Shown piece after piece: positions 23,551-37,031 of a stretch of 64,000 nucleotides of DNA. The stretch is from assembly GCA_963514005.1 (NCBI GenBank), contig OY740798.1, positions 51,584,001 through 51,648,000 on the forward strand. The letters are read 5' to 3'. The DNA comes from Raja brachyura (taxonomy: Eukaryota). A model generated the notes under the pieces. The model had not been told where the DNA came from and did not search any database. It was given only the letters and a program-made list of their open reading frames with translations. The translations under genes and the position numbers were made by a program. Position 1 is the first letter of the stretch. The number at the start of each line of letters is the position of its first letter.

Positions 23551-25899
23551 ATGGCGATGGAGGGGGCGCGGCCGAAGGTCCGGACCTACGCAGCGATGGC
23601 ATCAGTGGCGGGTGCGAGGCCATCTGAGGTTGAGCCTCATGTTGACTTGGATGGGGACAGTTTTGGTATTTCTGTTCAAACTGGGCCTATGATGTCGAGG
23701 GGGGAAATTACGAAGGCCATGAATGAACTTCTTGGGAGGGGGGCTATTGTCTCTTCTGAGCTCGAAAGAGGAAAGGTGGAGATGATACTTAAGACCCGGG
23801 AGTGTGTGGCCCGAGCGTTGGAGGAGGGGATCTCAGTGGGGGGGGGTCCACATACAGGTGGATCCGTGGGTATCAAGGGTGAGACCGGTTCTCCTGCGGA
23901 GCTGCCCCACTTATTTTTCAGATGCAGTACTTTTTCCATACCTGTCCAAGTTCGGGGAGGTGCGGTCTAAATGTTTTCGTCTCTTGCATCCTGGGGGGGA
24001 CCCGGAGGAAAAAGGGGTCTTCAGTTTCAAGAGGAGGGTGTTCATGAAGGTGGGTGAGGGGGATGGTGCCGAGGGGAGTTTTGAGGTGGTGCATAAGGGT
24101 GTCCCCAGAACCGTGCGTTGGAGTTGGGGAAAGGCACGGTGTCATGCGTGCGGCGAATTTGGACATCTCCGTAGGGAGTGTCTTTTTCGCGGGGGCACTG
24201 CTAGAGGTTCTAGTGCAGTGGCCCAGGAAAGCGCTGCTGGCCCATCTGGGGTGGCTTGTCAAACCCCAGCGGCGCGGGGTGGTACTGCTGACCCGGCTAA
24301 GGTTGCCAGTTCTGCCTTGGTGACCCGGAGCGGCAGTGCGAAGCCTTCTGGGTCCGTAGGTTCCGCTTTGGGGACCCTGGGCGGTGAGAGCCCACGCCCC
24401 CACGTCCCCCACGTCTTGCGCCTGTGGCGGCGGATGGAGGTGGGGCGCAGGAGGAGGGGAGTGTTGAGGGGGGGTTTTGGGAGAAGCAGGGGAAGCACAA
24501 TAAGAAGAAGGAGAGGGATAGGGCCGCCCGAGCGAAGAAAGTGCAATCGGGTGAGTTTAGCTCCAGTGTGGTGCAGACTGCACCTGCTGGGGCCCAGGGG
24601 GGAGTTGTGGTGGTTCGGAAGGGGGTAAAGAAGCCTAAACGTGTGGGTGGCAAAGTGGATGGGGGTAATGTGGAGGCGGATGACCCTTCCCTTATGGAGG
24701 TTACCGCACCTCCGCATGCGAGTGGGACTAAAAGGAGGCATCTGCCTGGTGAAGAGGAGGAAGGGCGTGGGTCCAGAGCGAAGGGGATGTCTTTCTCCGG
24801 GCTTTCCACCACTGAGGTGGCTGAAAGTGGTCTTGACCCGGTGTCTTCTGGGTCGGTGGTTGGGCCTTCTCTTCATGGATCTACAGCGGGTGTCACAGGA
24901 CTGGGTGCTGAAGTTGATTCCGGTGGAGTTGTGTCCAATGGGCGGGAGTCTGTCCCTTCATCTCCGGGGCCCTCTGAGGGAGTTATCTCGGCGGGTGTTG
25001 GGGTTAGCTCTTTTGGGTGTGTACCCTCTGGGTCGGACGAGGTCCCCTCGTTTCAGAGGCCTACTGAGGGTGCTGGCACGCTAGGTGACGTGGTTGGCTC
25101 CACTGGTAGTGTGCCCTCTGTGACGGGGGATGTGCAGAGTCAGGCCGAGGGGGGAGTTTCGGGGGTGTTGTCGTTCAAGTCTGTGCTCCATATCAGTGCC
25201 AGTGGAGGTGCTGGGGGGCGGGATGCCTCACCGGATGAGCTGTCTGGGGTGAGGTTAATAGCAGGTGGTGATTCTCTGGGTGATGCCTGTGGAGAGGGCA
25301 CTCTGGATGATGTGGAGGTCAGGGCTGTTATGGGTCGTGATCCTCTTTCAGACTCCGAGGGTGTCAGTGTTCCACAGGCCCTGGGGATGCCTCTTGTTGT
25401 TGCTTCCCCAGGCCCAGAAGAGGAGGGTGATGGTAGCGTGCAGGAGCCCAGCCTTTCAGAGGGCTGCGAGTGTCAGGCAGGGGTGTCGGGACCCACCCTC
25501 AGCATTGATCCGGGGGGTCATGTCATGGCTGAGGAGGGGGACAGCGATGCGGCCAGTGGGTGTGGCACAGAGAGTGATTTGTCAGAGAGTTCTGGTCTTT
25601 CTGGGGTTGTTGATTCAGGTGCGAGCGGGTTGGCTGTGAGCCCAGACTCCAAGGCCGTGTCTGAGGCGAAGCTTATTGTTGAGGTGCGAGAGTTCCTAAA
25701 AACGAGCCGCACTTCCAAAACATTATGGTTTGCTGCTGAAAGGCGGTGGGGGGACTGTCTAGATTTGCAGGCGAGTCTCGAGGTTATCCTTAGTAACAAG
25801 GATAGTGGTCTTTCTGACTCGGATTTGGGGCAGTTTTGGGGTTTGTTGAAGGTCCTCAGAAAAGGAGCTCCTGTGACTACAGGGAGTGCGAGGGTCTGA
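23551..25899 (+). pseudogene. Tx1 ORF1 (gag-like, CCHC zinc knuckle, long low-complexity tail; 2 frameshifts)
   Basis: MAMEGARPKVRTYAAMAS start and CHACGEFGHLRREC knuckle. Spread over ORFs 23509-23970, 23804-24628 and 24424-25899. Confidence 0.8.
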
Positions 25900-25904
25900 A
25901 TCTA

Positions 25905-28900
25905 ATGTGCCTACACATTCACAGTAGCTACATTAAATTTAAATGGGAGTAGAGCGAGTTTTCGAAGATTTCAGCTCTTATCAGCCCTAAGGGAGGGGAG
26001 ATTTGCAGTTTGTTACATGCAAGAGACACATACCGTTGCTAGTGATGAACCTACCTGGCAACTGGAGTGGGAAGGGAGGGTTTATATGAGCCATCTCGGC
26101 TCAAATTCGAGTGGGGTGGCTTTTCTGTTGGCCCCAAATTTTCTGCCAAGCATTTTAAAAGTGCAGGAAGTGGTGCCAGGACGTTTGCTCCATCTGGCCG
26201 TGAGCCTGGATGGCATGCCGTTGCATTTCATTAACGTGTATGCCCCTAGCTCCGGCACGATGCAGGCTGGCCTACTTCGGGAGGTGAATGCTCTGTTGGG
26301 CACTATTGATAGGGGAGAGTGTGTCTTCCTTGGTGGGGACTTTAATTGCACACTTGAGGTGCGGGACCGTTCTGGTACTCAGAGTGCGCCTGCTGTAGCG
26401 AAGAAGCTGAGAGGCTTGATTGACTCCTTTGAGTTGGTTGATGTTTGGAGGGACCTTCACCCTGATTCCACTGCTTTTTCGCGGAGGTCTGAGGGCGGTG
26501 GTTCCCGCATTGATCGGTTTTATATTTCCCGAGCGTTTGTTTCCCGTGTCTCAGCGGCCTCAATGCGGCTGGTGCCGTGCTCGGACCATTGTCTGGTGCA
26601 TGTGGATTTTAATCCAGCGTGCGCTCGGGCTGGGTCCGCGTACTGGCACTTTAACAACAGGCTGCTGGAGGATCGGTGTTTCCGGGAGTCATTCACTCGG
26701 TTTTGGGTGAAGTGGAGAGAGAGGCAAAGGTGCTTCTCTTCCATTAGGCAGTGGTGGGATGTGGGTAAAGCTCACATCCGTCTCTTTTGTAAGGAATATA
26801 CATGGGGGTCGACTGGGAGGCGGGACTCAGCGGTCGAGAAGCTGGAGAGGGAGATACAGGACGCCGAGTCTCGCCTTGGTCAGTTTGGTGAAGACTCCAG
26901 TGAATGGGGAGAGTTTCAGAGGAAGAAGGAGGCTTTGAGGAAGCTGCTGCTTGAGCGGTCCCGAGGCGCATACGTGAGGTCTCGGGTCCAGATGCTGCAC
27001 GAGCTGGACCGAGCGTCGCCTTTCTTTTTCTCTTTGGAGAAGGGGCGGGGAGCTCGAAAACAGCTTGTGGAGTTGCTTGCAGATGACGGCTCCTCTGTCA
27101 CTGATCCAGAGAGGATTAATGCCTTGGTTAGGTCCTTTTATGGGTCCCTGTTCTCTGCGGAAGGATTCAGTGTGGAGGCTCAGCAAGATCTGTGGGAGGG
27201 TCTACCGACCGTAGATAGGGGGGAGGCTGATCTTCTTGATGGCCCCTTATCTTTGGAGGAGTTGACTCGCGCCTTGCATCAGCTCAGGAGGGGTAAGTCC
27301 CCCGGGCTGGATGGGTTGACGGTGGAGTTTGTTAGAGCATTCTGGGACGTCCTAGGGGGTGACTATATGTTGGTTCTGGGGGAGAGCCTGGCGACTGGAG
27401 TGATGCCTCTCTCGTGGCGTAGGACGGTTGTTGTCTTGCTGCCTAAGAAGGGCGAACTCCGTTTGTTGAAGAACTGGCGTCCAGTCTCTCTCCTTTGCAC
27501 AGAATATAAAATTTTTGCATGGGCAATGGCAAATCGCCTGGGCTCCGTGCTGCATCAATTGATTCATCCTGATCAATCTTATACAGTCCCTGGCCGGTCC
27601 ATCCAGGATAACATCCACCTGGTTAGGGACCTGATTCATTTAGTCCAGTGTACTGGTGAGTCAGCTGCTTTTCTGTCTCTTGATCAGGAGAAGGCTTTTG
27701 ATAGGGTGGAGCATGAATACCTATTTGGGTCGTTGCAAGCGTTTGGGTTTGGACCGTATTTCGTGGCCCGGGTCCGGCTTTTGTACGCTGCTGCGGAGTG
27801 CCTTGTAAAGGTTAATGGCGCGGTGCTAGCTCCTTTTCATTTTGGGAGGGGGGTCCGCCAGGGGTGCCCTATGTCGGGCCAGTTGTACTCGGTCTGTGTG
27901 GAGCCGTTCTGTGTCTTCGGGGGAGGTTGACAGGCCTGGCCCTACCTGGCCTGCGGGTTGAGGTGATTCTATCGGCGTATGCCGATGACGTACTTCTTAT
28001 GTTCACTGATCCTGGTGACCTGCGGAGGATGCGTGACTGCCAGGAGATTTTCTCGGCTGCATCTTCTGCTAGGATTAACTGGAGTAAGTGCTCTGGACTT
28101 TTGGTGGGTCAGTGGCGGGTAGACTCCCTGCCGGAGGAGATGGCATTGTATGCGTGGAGTACCACGCACCTCCTCTATCTGGGGGTGTACCTGCGTCCCA
28201 CTGAGGATGTTTGGCCGGCAAACTGGCAAGAGTTGGAGACGAAGATGGTTGCTCGGCTGGGGCGCTGGTCAGGCCTGCTTGGAGTTCTCTCCTTTCGGGG
28301 GAGGGTGCTGGTCATAAACCAGCTGGTGGCCTCTATGTTATGGTACCGGCTGGCTACTCTTGTCCCGCCCTCTATATTTGTAACTGCTATACAGAAGAAG
28401 CTGGTGGATTTCTTTTGGGGAAATAGGAAGCATTGGATTTCCGCGGCGGTCCTGAGTCTTCCGTTAGAGGAGGGCGGCCAGTCCTTGGTGTGCGTGCGCA
28501 CCCAGGTGGCGGCTCTCCGTCTCAGGACTCTGCGGAGATACATGTATGTAGAGAACCCTCCCAGATGGCACGCTCTGGCCACGTATTTTTTTCGTCAGGG
28601 TCGTTGCCTAAGGGGGGTCTCGCGGCTCCCGGTGGCGGGTGTCAGTCGACCCGCTCTAAGGGGCTTGCCTGTTTTCTATAGGGATGTGTTAAGAGTGAGG
28701 AATTTGGTGGTGTTCAGCCAGAGTGTTGTTCCACGAGGAGAGGGGGATGTTGTGGCTGCGGGTGTGGCTGGTCCTCATCCTGTCATGGTGGTTGTCGAGG
28801 AGAGGCGCGAGCCTAGAGTGGTTCAGATAGAGCTTACCCCCGCTCCGTCAGATCTGCTCATCGGGCCTAGGCTTCGGGATATTTCTCGGCCTCCGGCTCC

Positions 28901-29609
28901 GCATAATCTGAGCTGCCTTTCTGAGATGACCAGCATGCCATTTTGTGATGCAAGGAGACGCGCACTGTACAGGATGCTCCTGCACATTCTGAACCACCGT
29001 GCCTTCGTCTCCCGTCCTGACTCACCATGGAGGACGGTGTTACCATCCGAAGGCGGCGGGGGGCCCCAGTGGGGGTCCTTCTATAAGGGAGTTGTACCCC
29101 TTTATATTGGGGACCTGGGGTGGAGAGTGTTGCATGGAGCGGTGGTTTGTAATAAACTTTTGAGTCGGTTCACGGGCTCGTCTGCCGCATGTAGTTTCTG
29201 CGGAGAGGAGGAGACCGTATTCCATGTGTATATGGAGTGTGAGAGGTTACTGCCCCTGTATCAATATCTGAAGGGGTTGTTCCTCAAGTTCTGGCTGCAT
29301 TTTAGCCCCACAATCCTGGTGTTTGGACACAAGGCAGGGAGTGGGGAGAGCCGAGTGTGGGGGGGGGACTTACCTGTCGGTTTGCTCCTCGGCCTGGCCA
29401 AGATGGCCATTCGTGGGTTCAGGCAGCGGGCGGTCGACGGTCAGGCGAGAGTCGGCTGCCTGCCCCTCTTTCGGGCCTACGTCCGTGCACGTGTGTCCCT
29501 GGAGAGGGAACACGCGGTGTTCACGGGGACTGTGGGGGCCTTTCGTCAGCGCTGGTCGCCGCGTGGGGTTGAGGCGATTATAAATGATTGTACTGTTGTA
29601 CTACAATGA
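25905..29609 (+). pseudogene. Tx1 ORF2: APE endonuclease, RT, C-terminal zinc finger (frameshift ~27915)
   Basis: TLNLNG, QETH, GGDFN, SRIDRFY, SDH; KNWRPVSLL, LDQEKAFDRV, GVRQGCP, YADD; CSFCGEEETVFHVYMEC. Confidence 0.93.
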
Positions 29610-29761
29610 TCTGTTCATTATAGTGTGATTTTTGATTGTGTTTTGATGTGTTGTATTTTATGATTTGTGTTGAATAAAGTTTTTGAAATGGAAAAAAAAA
29701 AAAAAAAAAAAAGAGAGAGAGAGAAAGTTCTCAATCATGATGGTGAGTTGTAAGAAATTCT

Positions 29762-29938
29762 CAATGTCTCATTAATGCATCAATGTACATTCCTCAGTAA
29801 AATGTTATTATGTTTTGAAGAAGTGTTAATGTTGCCGCGTGAATTGTATTCAAAGGAACGCAGCGTCATTAAAACTTCTTCTAAAACACAATTACACATT
29901 TACTGAGGAATGTGGATGGATGCATTGATGACGCATTG
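29762..29938. repeat. Degenerate ~80-bp-arm inverted repeat (foldback/MITE remnant)
   Basis: CAATGTCTCATTAATGCATC...ACATTCCTCAGTAAA...GAAGAAGT...GCGT pairs with ACGC...ACTTCTTC...TTTACTGAGGAATGT...GATGCATTGATGACGCATTG. Loop ~17 nt. Confidence 0.8.
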
Positions 29939-30089
29939 GATAACTACTGGCTCTTAACACAAGTGCTATAGTGGTTAACACATCGTTTATATCTGATGAC
30001 CGTACAGTGCTTGTATTCCATGTACAAAACAATGTATGTTTTGTAACAAAAATCCGTATGGCGAATATGTTTTTTAAAAATCTTTATTT

Positions 30090-31550
30090 AACAAAGCGAA
30101 TTTGTATTTCCATATGAAATACGAAAAATTAATGCGGGCCCCCCTTGGGGCCCGATTTCATTTAAATTGTGTATTAGATCAATACTTGGATAAATCTTCA
30201 CTTGAAAGGAAAAGTACATCAAAATCGAGTCACCTTTTAAACACTTATATAAGAGACGTATGGAGGATTGCCAATCCTTCTGGAAGAGAATACTCTTTTT
30301 ATTCAGGTGTTCATAAAGTTTACACACGAATTGACTATTTCTTGGTTGACGCCAAACTTATCCCTTTTACCTAAAACCCAAAATATCACAACGTTATTAT
30401 TTCGGATCGCTGTCTTACTTTTCCAGTAAAATCGGAAGAAACAACCGTTTTGGAGATTTAATCCACAAATACTAGCTGAGGCAAGTTGTTGTGACTATCT
30501 GAAGCTACAGATTAAAACATTTTTTGAGACAAACGACACCCCCAGTATTTCTCCATCTTTGCTGTGGGAAACTTTTAAAGCCTATGACAGAGGCTGTATT
30601 ATCGTATACCAAGCTTTTCAAAACAAGAAAAATAAGACTGAACAATTGGAATTAGAAAAACAGATAAAACTGGTAGACCTAGAAAATGCGGCGAACCCAA
30701 CCATTGCAAAACATAATAAGATAGCTGCACTAAAAAGTACATTAAACCAGATTCTCTTAGCAAAAATTATTAGGGGATTTCAATATACTAAACAGAAAAC
30801 TTTGGAATTTGGTGATAAACCTCACAAGCTACTAGCACGCCAAGTTCACAAATTAGAGAATGACCGTACTGTACACAAAATTAGATCAGATAAAGGAGAT
30901 TTGCTTACATTGCCGAAAGATATCAATGAAAGATTCTTACAATTCTACCAAACACTCTATTCATCAAAAACAACAGTCGATTCTGCAAAGATGAAAAGCT
31001 TTCTTGAGAATTGCAATCTCCCATCTCTTAATGAGGGGGAACGGGATGAATTAGGCGCAGAGATAACAACAAAATACATTGCAGAGACTATGAAATCATT
31101 GAAAAGTGAAAAAACACCTGGCCCGGATGGGCTTAATAACGAATTTTATTAAAAATATAATGATTTAATTTCTCCACGCTTACAAGCCCTTTACATTCAA
31201 GCATTTAAAGGACAGACTTTACCACAAACTCTTGCTGAATCAACTATTACATTAATTCCAAAAAAAGATAAAAATCTTGAGGAGCCTGGATCCTATAGGG
31301 CAATAGCCCTTTTATCTTAGCTAGAATATACTAGCTAAGACTTAGCATCGTAGATTAAGCCTAGTTATCAGTAAATTAATACATCCAGATCAAACTGGGT
31401 TTATACCTAAACGATACTCATTTTATAATTTGAGACGTTTGTTTAACATAATATATTCGCAGAGAATGCTAAACAAAGATCTAACAATTATTTCTCTAGA
31501 TGCAGAAAAGGCTTTCGACAAGTCGAATGGTTTTATCTTTTCAGTGTTGG
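30090..31550 (+). mobile_element. L1-clade LINE ORF2 fragment (end of EN to start of RT), degenerate
   Basis: DVWRIANPSGREYSFYS...TRIDYFLV, LWETFKAY.RG.II, KTPGPDG, ISLDAEKAFD. Confidence 0.85.
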
Positions 31551-31551
31551 A

Positions 31552-32050
31552 AAACTGTGTTGCCCCCCCCCCCCCCTCCCAAGCGGAGAGCACAGGAGAT
31601 CCATACCAGGCACCCCCTGCACGGACACACAGCACCTCCACCCCGACTGAAATCCAGAGCCAGTTTCTTGCAGACAGTCCCACCTCTCCAGACAACCAAA
31701 GAACCAGCAAGGACCAACATCTGGAAAGATTAATGGAACCAGCTCAACACACGAGCCCACAACTGGATGGAGAGAGGAATCACTCCGACTGAATGCCTCG
31801 CCAGCGGGCACGACCTCCCGTGGTCAACTTGAAAGACCCTCAACAGATTACAAGTGGAGCAGGGGAGGTGCAAAGCACTTGTGAAAGCATGGAACTACCA
31901 GGCAGAAGACCCATGCAGCTGTGGAGCAGTACAGACAATGTCCCACCTACTGGAGTGTGACGATGCCCCCCCAGTGCAGCCCCCAGGACCTGGCTGAACC
32001 GACCCGACCAGCTGTGACCTGCGCCAGATTGCAATGGCTCAAATAATACA
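31552..32050 (+). mobile_element. Vingi/Ingi-like LINE 3' fragment
   Basis: Read across frames: GHDLPWST.KTLNRLQVEQGRCK...CSCGAVQTMSHLLEC, a C-terminal zinc-finger region typical of I-group/Vingi elements. Confidence 0.55.
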
Positions 32051-32754
32051 TGTGTTCAAATATATCTCACAATTAATCCCAAAACAATTTAACCCAGTGA
32101 ACTGAGATCAGTGATATTTTCTGCTTCAGCTATTTATAGTTTTGTTCTGAATTGTATGACTAATTTGTCGGGGTCCACCACCTATGTTCCAGCACCCTTG
32201 GTGCCACAGACTTGCCGTATTGTCTGGTTTGCCAAAATAACAGAGGTCAGGGCCTCAGGAAGGAGGGAGGGGGCTGAGATACTTGTCTGCAGAGTCGGCC
32301 TCAGATGTCGGCTATGGGAACAGACCTGCCGGCTCCGGCCAGGCTGGAGTTCCAGAGCCCAGGCCACAGGGGGCAAAATCGAACCACTGATCGGCATGGA
32401 AGTCCCGATGAGGTCGAGATCAGCTGCCTGACCCGGCCTAGGTGCCACATTTTCCAGGGAACTTCCGAGGGGGATTTCAAATGCATTCTTGTAATTTTGT
32501 CCGGATTAAAGGAGGTGCCGGACCACCAGTTGCTGGAAAATCAGTGGTGGAATTGGATATAGGTTTACTATTATGTTTATTGTTGTCACCTGTACCACAG
32601 TACAGTGAATAGCTTAGTTTTACATGCTCTCCAAACATATCAGCTATACCATACATAAATATAATCAAGTCAAACTCAAGTAGAATGGGAAGATACAGAG
32701 TGCAGAGTTAGTTCCAGAGACACAGTCCAATGTCCGCAATGGGGTAGAGGTGAA

Positions 32755-32865
32755 TCCTCTGGTACCCTAGCTTATGGAAGGATCATTCAGAACCCTGATA
32801 ACAGAGGGGAAGAAGGTGTTCCTGAGTCTGGTGGTGCACACTTTCAATCTTCTGTACCTTCTGTA
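32755..32865 (-). mobile_element. Rex1/Babar-like LINE 3' fragment
   Basis: RRYRRLKVCTTRLRNTFFPSVIRVLN. Confidence 0.6.
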
Positions 32866-34039
32866 AGCGGGCTCACATATAAAGAGTGTGAACGGGTAAG
32901 CGTTGGTCGGCGTGGACTTTGAGGACCGAAGGGCCTGTTTCCATGCTGTATCCACTCACGCACACTTGTTTCCATTCCAGACATTCAAGTCCCACCACGA
33001 ACAGTAGCTCAGAACTGCTGCAGCTCAATATCCTGGACCCTGCCCCCACTTCCATCCCCACCTCCCCCCCAAACTACAGCCTCAGTATCAAACTGCAGAT
33101 ACTGTAATCCTGAACAATGCACAAAGTGCATCTGCAACTTAGGTCAGAAGACGTTTCGGGTCGAGAACGTCACTTGTCCATTCCATCCACAGATGCTGCC
33201 TGACCCGCTGAGTTCCTCCAGCACATTTGATTTGTGTACAATATTCTACAGAATGTAACTCATTCTAAATTACTAGTGTATTCTACTGATCAGATTGGTT
33301 CATTCCCTCTGGAATTAGCACAAGGTTTCAGGTCGGAACCTTTCTTCAGACTAATTGCAGTAGTTGGGTGAAAGCTTGAAAAGAAAGTTGGGGTGCGACA
33401 AAGTCTGGCAAGTGATAGGTGGATACAAGTGTGGGAGGGGAGTGAGTGGCAGATGGGTGGAGTGGGTGACATAGGTCCAAGCCACCCCCTCCCCAGCTAC
33501 TCACCCCTGCAACCGCAGGAGATGCAACACCTGGCACCTCCCATTCTCACACTGACCTTTCTGTCCTGGGCCTGCTCCATTGTCAGAGTGTCGACCAACA
33601 CAAATTGGAGATACAACGCGTCATATTTTGCTTGAGCAGCTTACACTCCAGTGGTATGAATATTGATTTCTTCAAATAACCCTTGCTTTCCCTCTCACCC
33701 CGTCCCTCCCCCACCCTGGTTCTTTGATTAGTTTCACTGTCCTGATTAAATTTACTGATTGTATTCCTCGTTGTCACCTTCCCCTCAGTGAACAATGAAC
33801 AATGAACCATTCTACATTTCCTTATCATCTGCTTTCATCTGTCATTTCCTCACCTTACCCTTCCATATCTCTCCCCTGACTCTCAGACTGAAGAAGGGTC
33901 GACACCCAACACGTCACCAACATGTTCTCTCCAGAGATGCTGCCTTTCCCGCTGAATTACTCCAGCATTTTTTTTGTGTCTATCTTCAGTGTATACCAGC
34001 ATCTGCAGTTCCTTCCTACAAATATAAGTGGAGAGGTCA

Positions 34040-34390
34040 TAGACACATAGAACATAGAAACATAGAAAAATAGGTGCAGGAGTAGGCCATTCGGCCCTTC
34101 GAGCCAGCACTGCCATTCAATATAATCATAGCTGATCATCTAAAATTAGTGCCCCGTTCCTGCTTTATCCCCATCATCCTCGATTCCTTTAGCCCTTAGA
34201 GCTAAATCTAACTGTTTATTGAAAACATCCAGTGAATTGGCCTCCACTGGCTCCTGTGGCAGAGAATTCCACAGATTCACAACTCTCTGGGTGAAAAGGT
34301 TTTTCCTCATCTCAGTCCTACATGGCCTACCCCTTACTCTTAAACTGTGAGCCCTAGTTCTGGAATTCCCCATCTTAGGGAACATGTGCA
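34040..34390 (-). mobile_element. CR1 3' fragment (followed by a + strand CR1 fragment ~34387-34660)
   Basis: (ACATAGAA)n reverse tail; MFPKMGNSRTRAHSLRV...FTQRVVNLWNSLP. Confidence 0.85.
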
Positions 34391-35319
34391 GTTACATAAG
34401 ATAACGGTGAGGCAGCATTTACAACATTGTGTTCAGTTCTCGGCACCATTTTATAGGAAAGATGGTGTCAAGCTGGAATGGGCATGGAGAAGATTTACAA
34501 GGACATTGCCGGGACTCGACGGTGTGAGCTATAGGGACAGGTTAAACATGCTGAAACTCTATTCCTTGGAGCGCTGGAGGATGAGGGGAGAATTTATAGA
34601 GGTGTATATATCCATGAGGCATAGGTCGGGTAGATGCACGGAGCAGGGTATCGAGGACAATAGACAATAGGTGCAGGAGTAGGCCATTCGGCCCTTCGAG
34701 CCAGCCATTCAATGTGATCATGGTTGATCATCCACAATCAGTACCCCGTTCCTGCCTTCTCCCCATATCACCTGACTCCCCTATTTTTAAGAGCCCTATC
34801 TAGCTCTCTCTTGAAAGCATCCAGAGAACCTGCCTCCACCGCCCTATGAGACTCACCACTCTCTGTGAGAAAAAATGTTTCCTTGTCTCTGTTCTGAATG
34901 GCTTACTCCTTATTCTTAAACTGTGGCATCTGGTTCTGGACTCCACCAACATCGGGAGCATGTTTCCTGCCTCTAGCGTGTTGAAGCCCTTAATAATCTT
35001 ATATATTTCAATGAGATCTCCTCTCATCCTCCTAAACTCCAGTGTATAAGTCAGCTGTTCCATTCTCTCAGCATATGACAGTCCCGCCATCCCAGGAATT
35101 AACCTTGTAAACCTCCGCTGCACTCCCTCAATAGCAAGAATGTCCTTCCCCAAATTAGGGGACCAAAACTGCACACAATACTCCAGGTGTGGTCTCACTA
35201 TGGCTCTGTACAACTGCAGAAGGACCTCTTTGCTCCTATAGTCGATTCCTCTTGTTATAATGGCCAACATGCCATTCGCTTTATTCACTGCCTGCTGTAC
35301 CTGCATGCTTACTTTCATA

Positions 35320-36257
35320 ACAACAGATAGTCCTCCGCCAGTTTCGTCACCTCCAACGTGACCCCTCCACTCGCCACATCTTCCCATCTCCCCCCCTGTC
35401 TGCCTTCCGCAAAGACCGCTCCCTCCGCAACTCCCTCGTCAATTCTTCCCTTCCCTCCCGCTCCACTCCTTCCCCGGGCACTTTCCCTTGCAACCGCAAG
35501 AGATGCCACACTTGTCCCTTCACCTCCCCCATCCAATCCTTTTAGGGACCCAAGCAGTCATTCCAAGTCCGACAGAGGTTCACCTGCACCTCCTCCAACC
35601 TCATCTACTGCATCCGTTGCTCCAGATGCCAGCTGATCTACATCGGTGAGACCAAGCGTAGGCTGGGCGATCGTTTCGCCGAACACCTCCGCTCGGTCCG
35701 CAATAACCAACCCGACCTCCCGGTGGCTCAGCACTTCAACTCCCCCTCCCACTCCGTATCCGACCTCTCGGTCCTGGGCCTCCTCCACGGCCAGAGTGAT
35801 CAACACCGCAAGTTGGAGGAACAGCACCTCATATTCCGCTTGGGGAGTCTGCATCCTCTGGGCTTAAACATTGAATTTTCTCAATTCTGTTAACCCAGAC
35901 TGCCTCCCCCCCACCTCTCCCTCAGCCCTCTGGCCCTGACATTCCTTCTCCATCTCCCCCCCCCCCCCCCCCAGTCGCACTAGCTTCTCATTTTCACACC
36001 ACTAACAGCTTACAATGGCCTGCTTCCTTTATCACCAATACTTTTTTGCATATCTTTCACTCATTGTTCCTTATCTCTCCACATCACTGTTTATATCTCT
36101 TGTTTCCCTGATCCCTGACCAGTCTGAAGAAGGGTCTCGACCCGAAACGTCGCCTATCTCCTTCGCTCCTTAGATGCTGCTGCACCCGCTGAGTTTCTCC
36201 AGCTTTTTGTGTAACCCTCGATTCTCCAGCATCTGCAGTTCCTTCTTTAACACTAAC
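35320..36257 (+). mobile_element. Penelope-like element 3' part (Cys linker, GIY-YIG endonuclease, pLTR) with 14-bp TSD
   Basis: CNRKRCHTC and NLIYCIRCSRCQLIYIGETKRRLGDRFAEH. TGCTTACTTTCATA duplicated at 35306-35319 and 36258-36271. Confidence 0.88.
36124..36151 (+). ncRNA. Minimal hammerhead-ribozyme-like core in Penelope pLTR
   Basis: CTGAAGA-A-GGG(TCTCGA)CCC-GAAAC-GTC. Helix I is weak. Confidence 0.55.
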
Positions 36258-37031
36258 TGCTTACTTTCATAGACTGATGTACAAGGACCCCCAGATCCCG
36301 TTGTACTTCCCCTTTTCCCAACTTGATACCATTTAGATAGTAATCTGCCTTCCTGTTTTTGCTACCAAAGTGGATTATCTCACATTTATCCGCATAAAAC
36401 TTCATCTGCCATGCATCTGCCCACTCCCCCAACCTGTCCAAGTCACCCTGCATTCTCATAGCATCCTCCTCACAGTTCACTGCCACCCAGCTTTGTGTCA
36501 TCTGCAAATTTGCTAATGTTACTTTGAATCCCTTCATCCAAATCACTGATATATTGTAAATAGCTGCGGACCCAACAACGAGCCTTGCGGTACGCCACTA
36601 GTCACTGCCTGCAATTCTGAACCAGAGGACATAGGTTTAAGGTGAAGGGGAAAAAAAATAATAGGAATCAGAGCTGTCGGAGGAGGTCGTTGAGGCAGGG
36701 ACTATCGTTACGTGTAAGAAACAATTAGACAGGTACATGGATCGGACAAGTTTGGAGGGATTTGGGCCAAATACAGGCAGGTGGGATTAGTGAAGCTGGG
36801 ACATGTTAGCCGGTGTGGACAAGTTGGGCCGAAATGTCTGTTTTCACACTGACTCTATGCTGAGTTCCTCCAGCACTGTGTGTCAGTGTGCATCTGTGTT
36901 ATTGAACAGGGCCACCTCGATAGATGTCTAGTCCCACCGCTGTAATAAATAAATACATATTCAAAGCCAGCGGATGTACAGCCGGGAAACGACGCGAGGA
37001 CACGAAAACGAAAGTAATTCATTTCTGCAAG

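Larger units (their letters stand above)
23027..29712 (+). mobile_element. Near-full-length Tx1-clade non-LTR retrotransposon inserted in a (GA)n microsatellite
   Basis: 5' UTR, ORF1, ORF2, AATAAA (29673-29678) and a 21-nt poly(A) (29692-29712). (GA)7 lies upstream and (GA)6 downstream. Confidence 0.9.
34658..36620 (-). mobile_element. 5'-truncated CR1 interrupted by a Penelope insertion
   Basis: ORFs 34800-35387 and 36253-36546 are CR1 RT C-terminal parts. Reverse (ACAATAG) tail. Confidence 0.9.
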
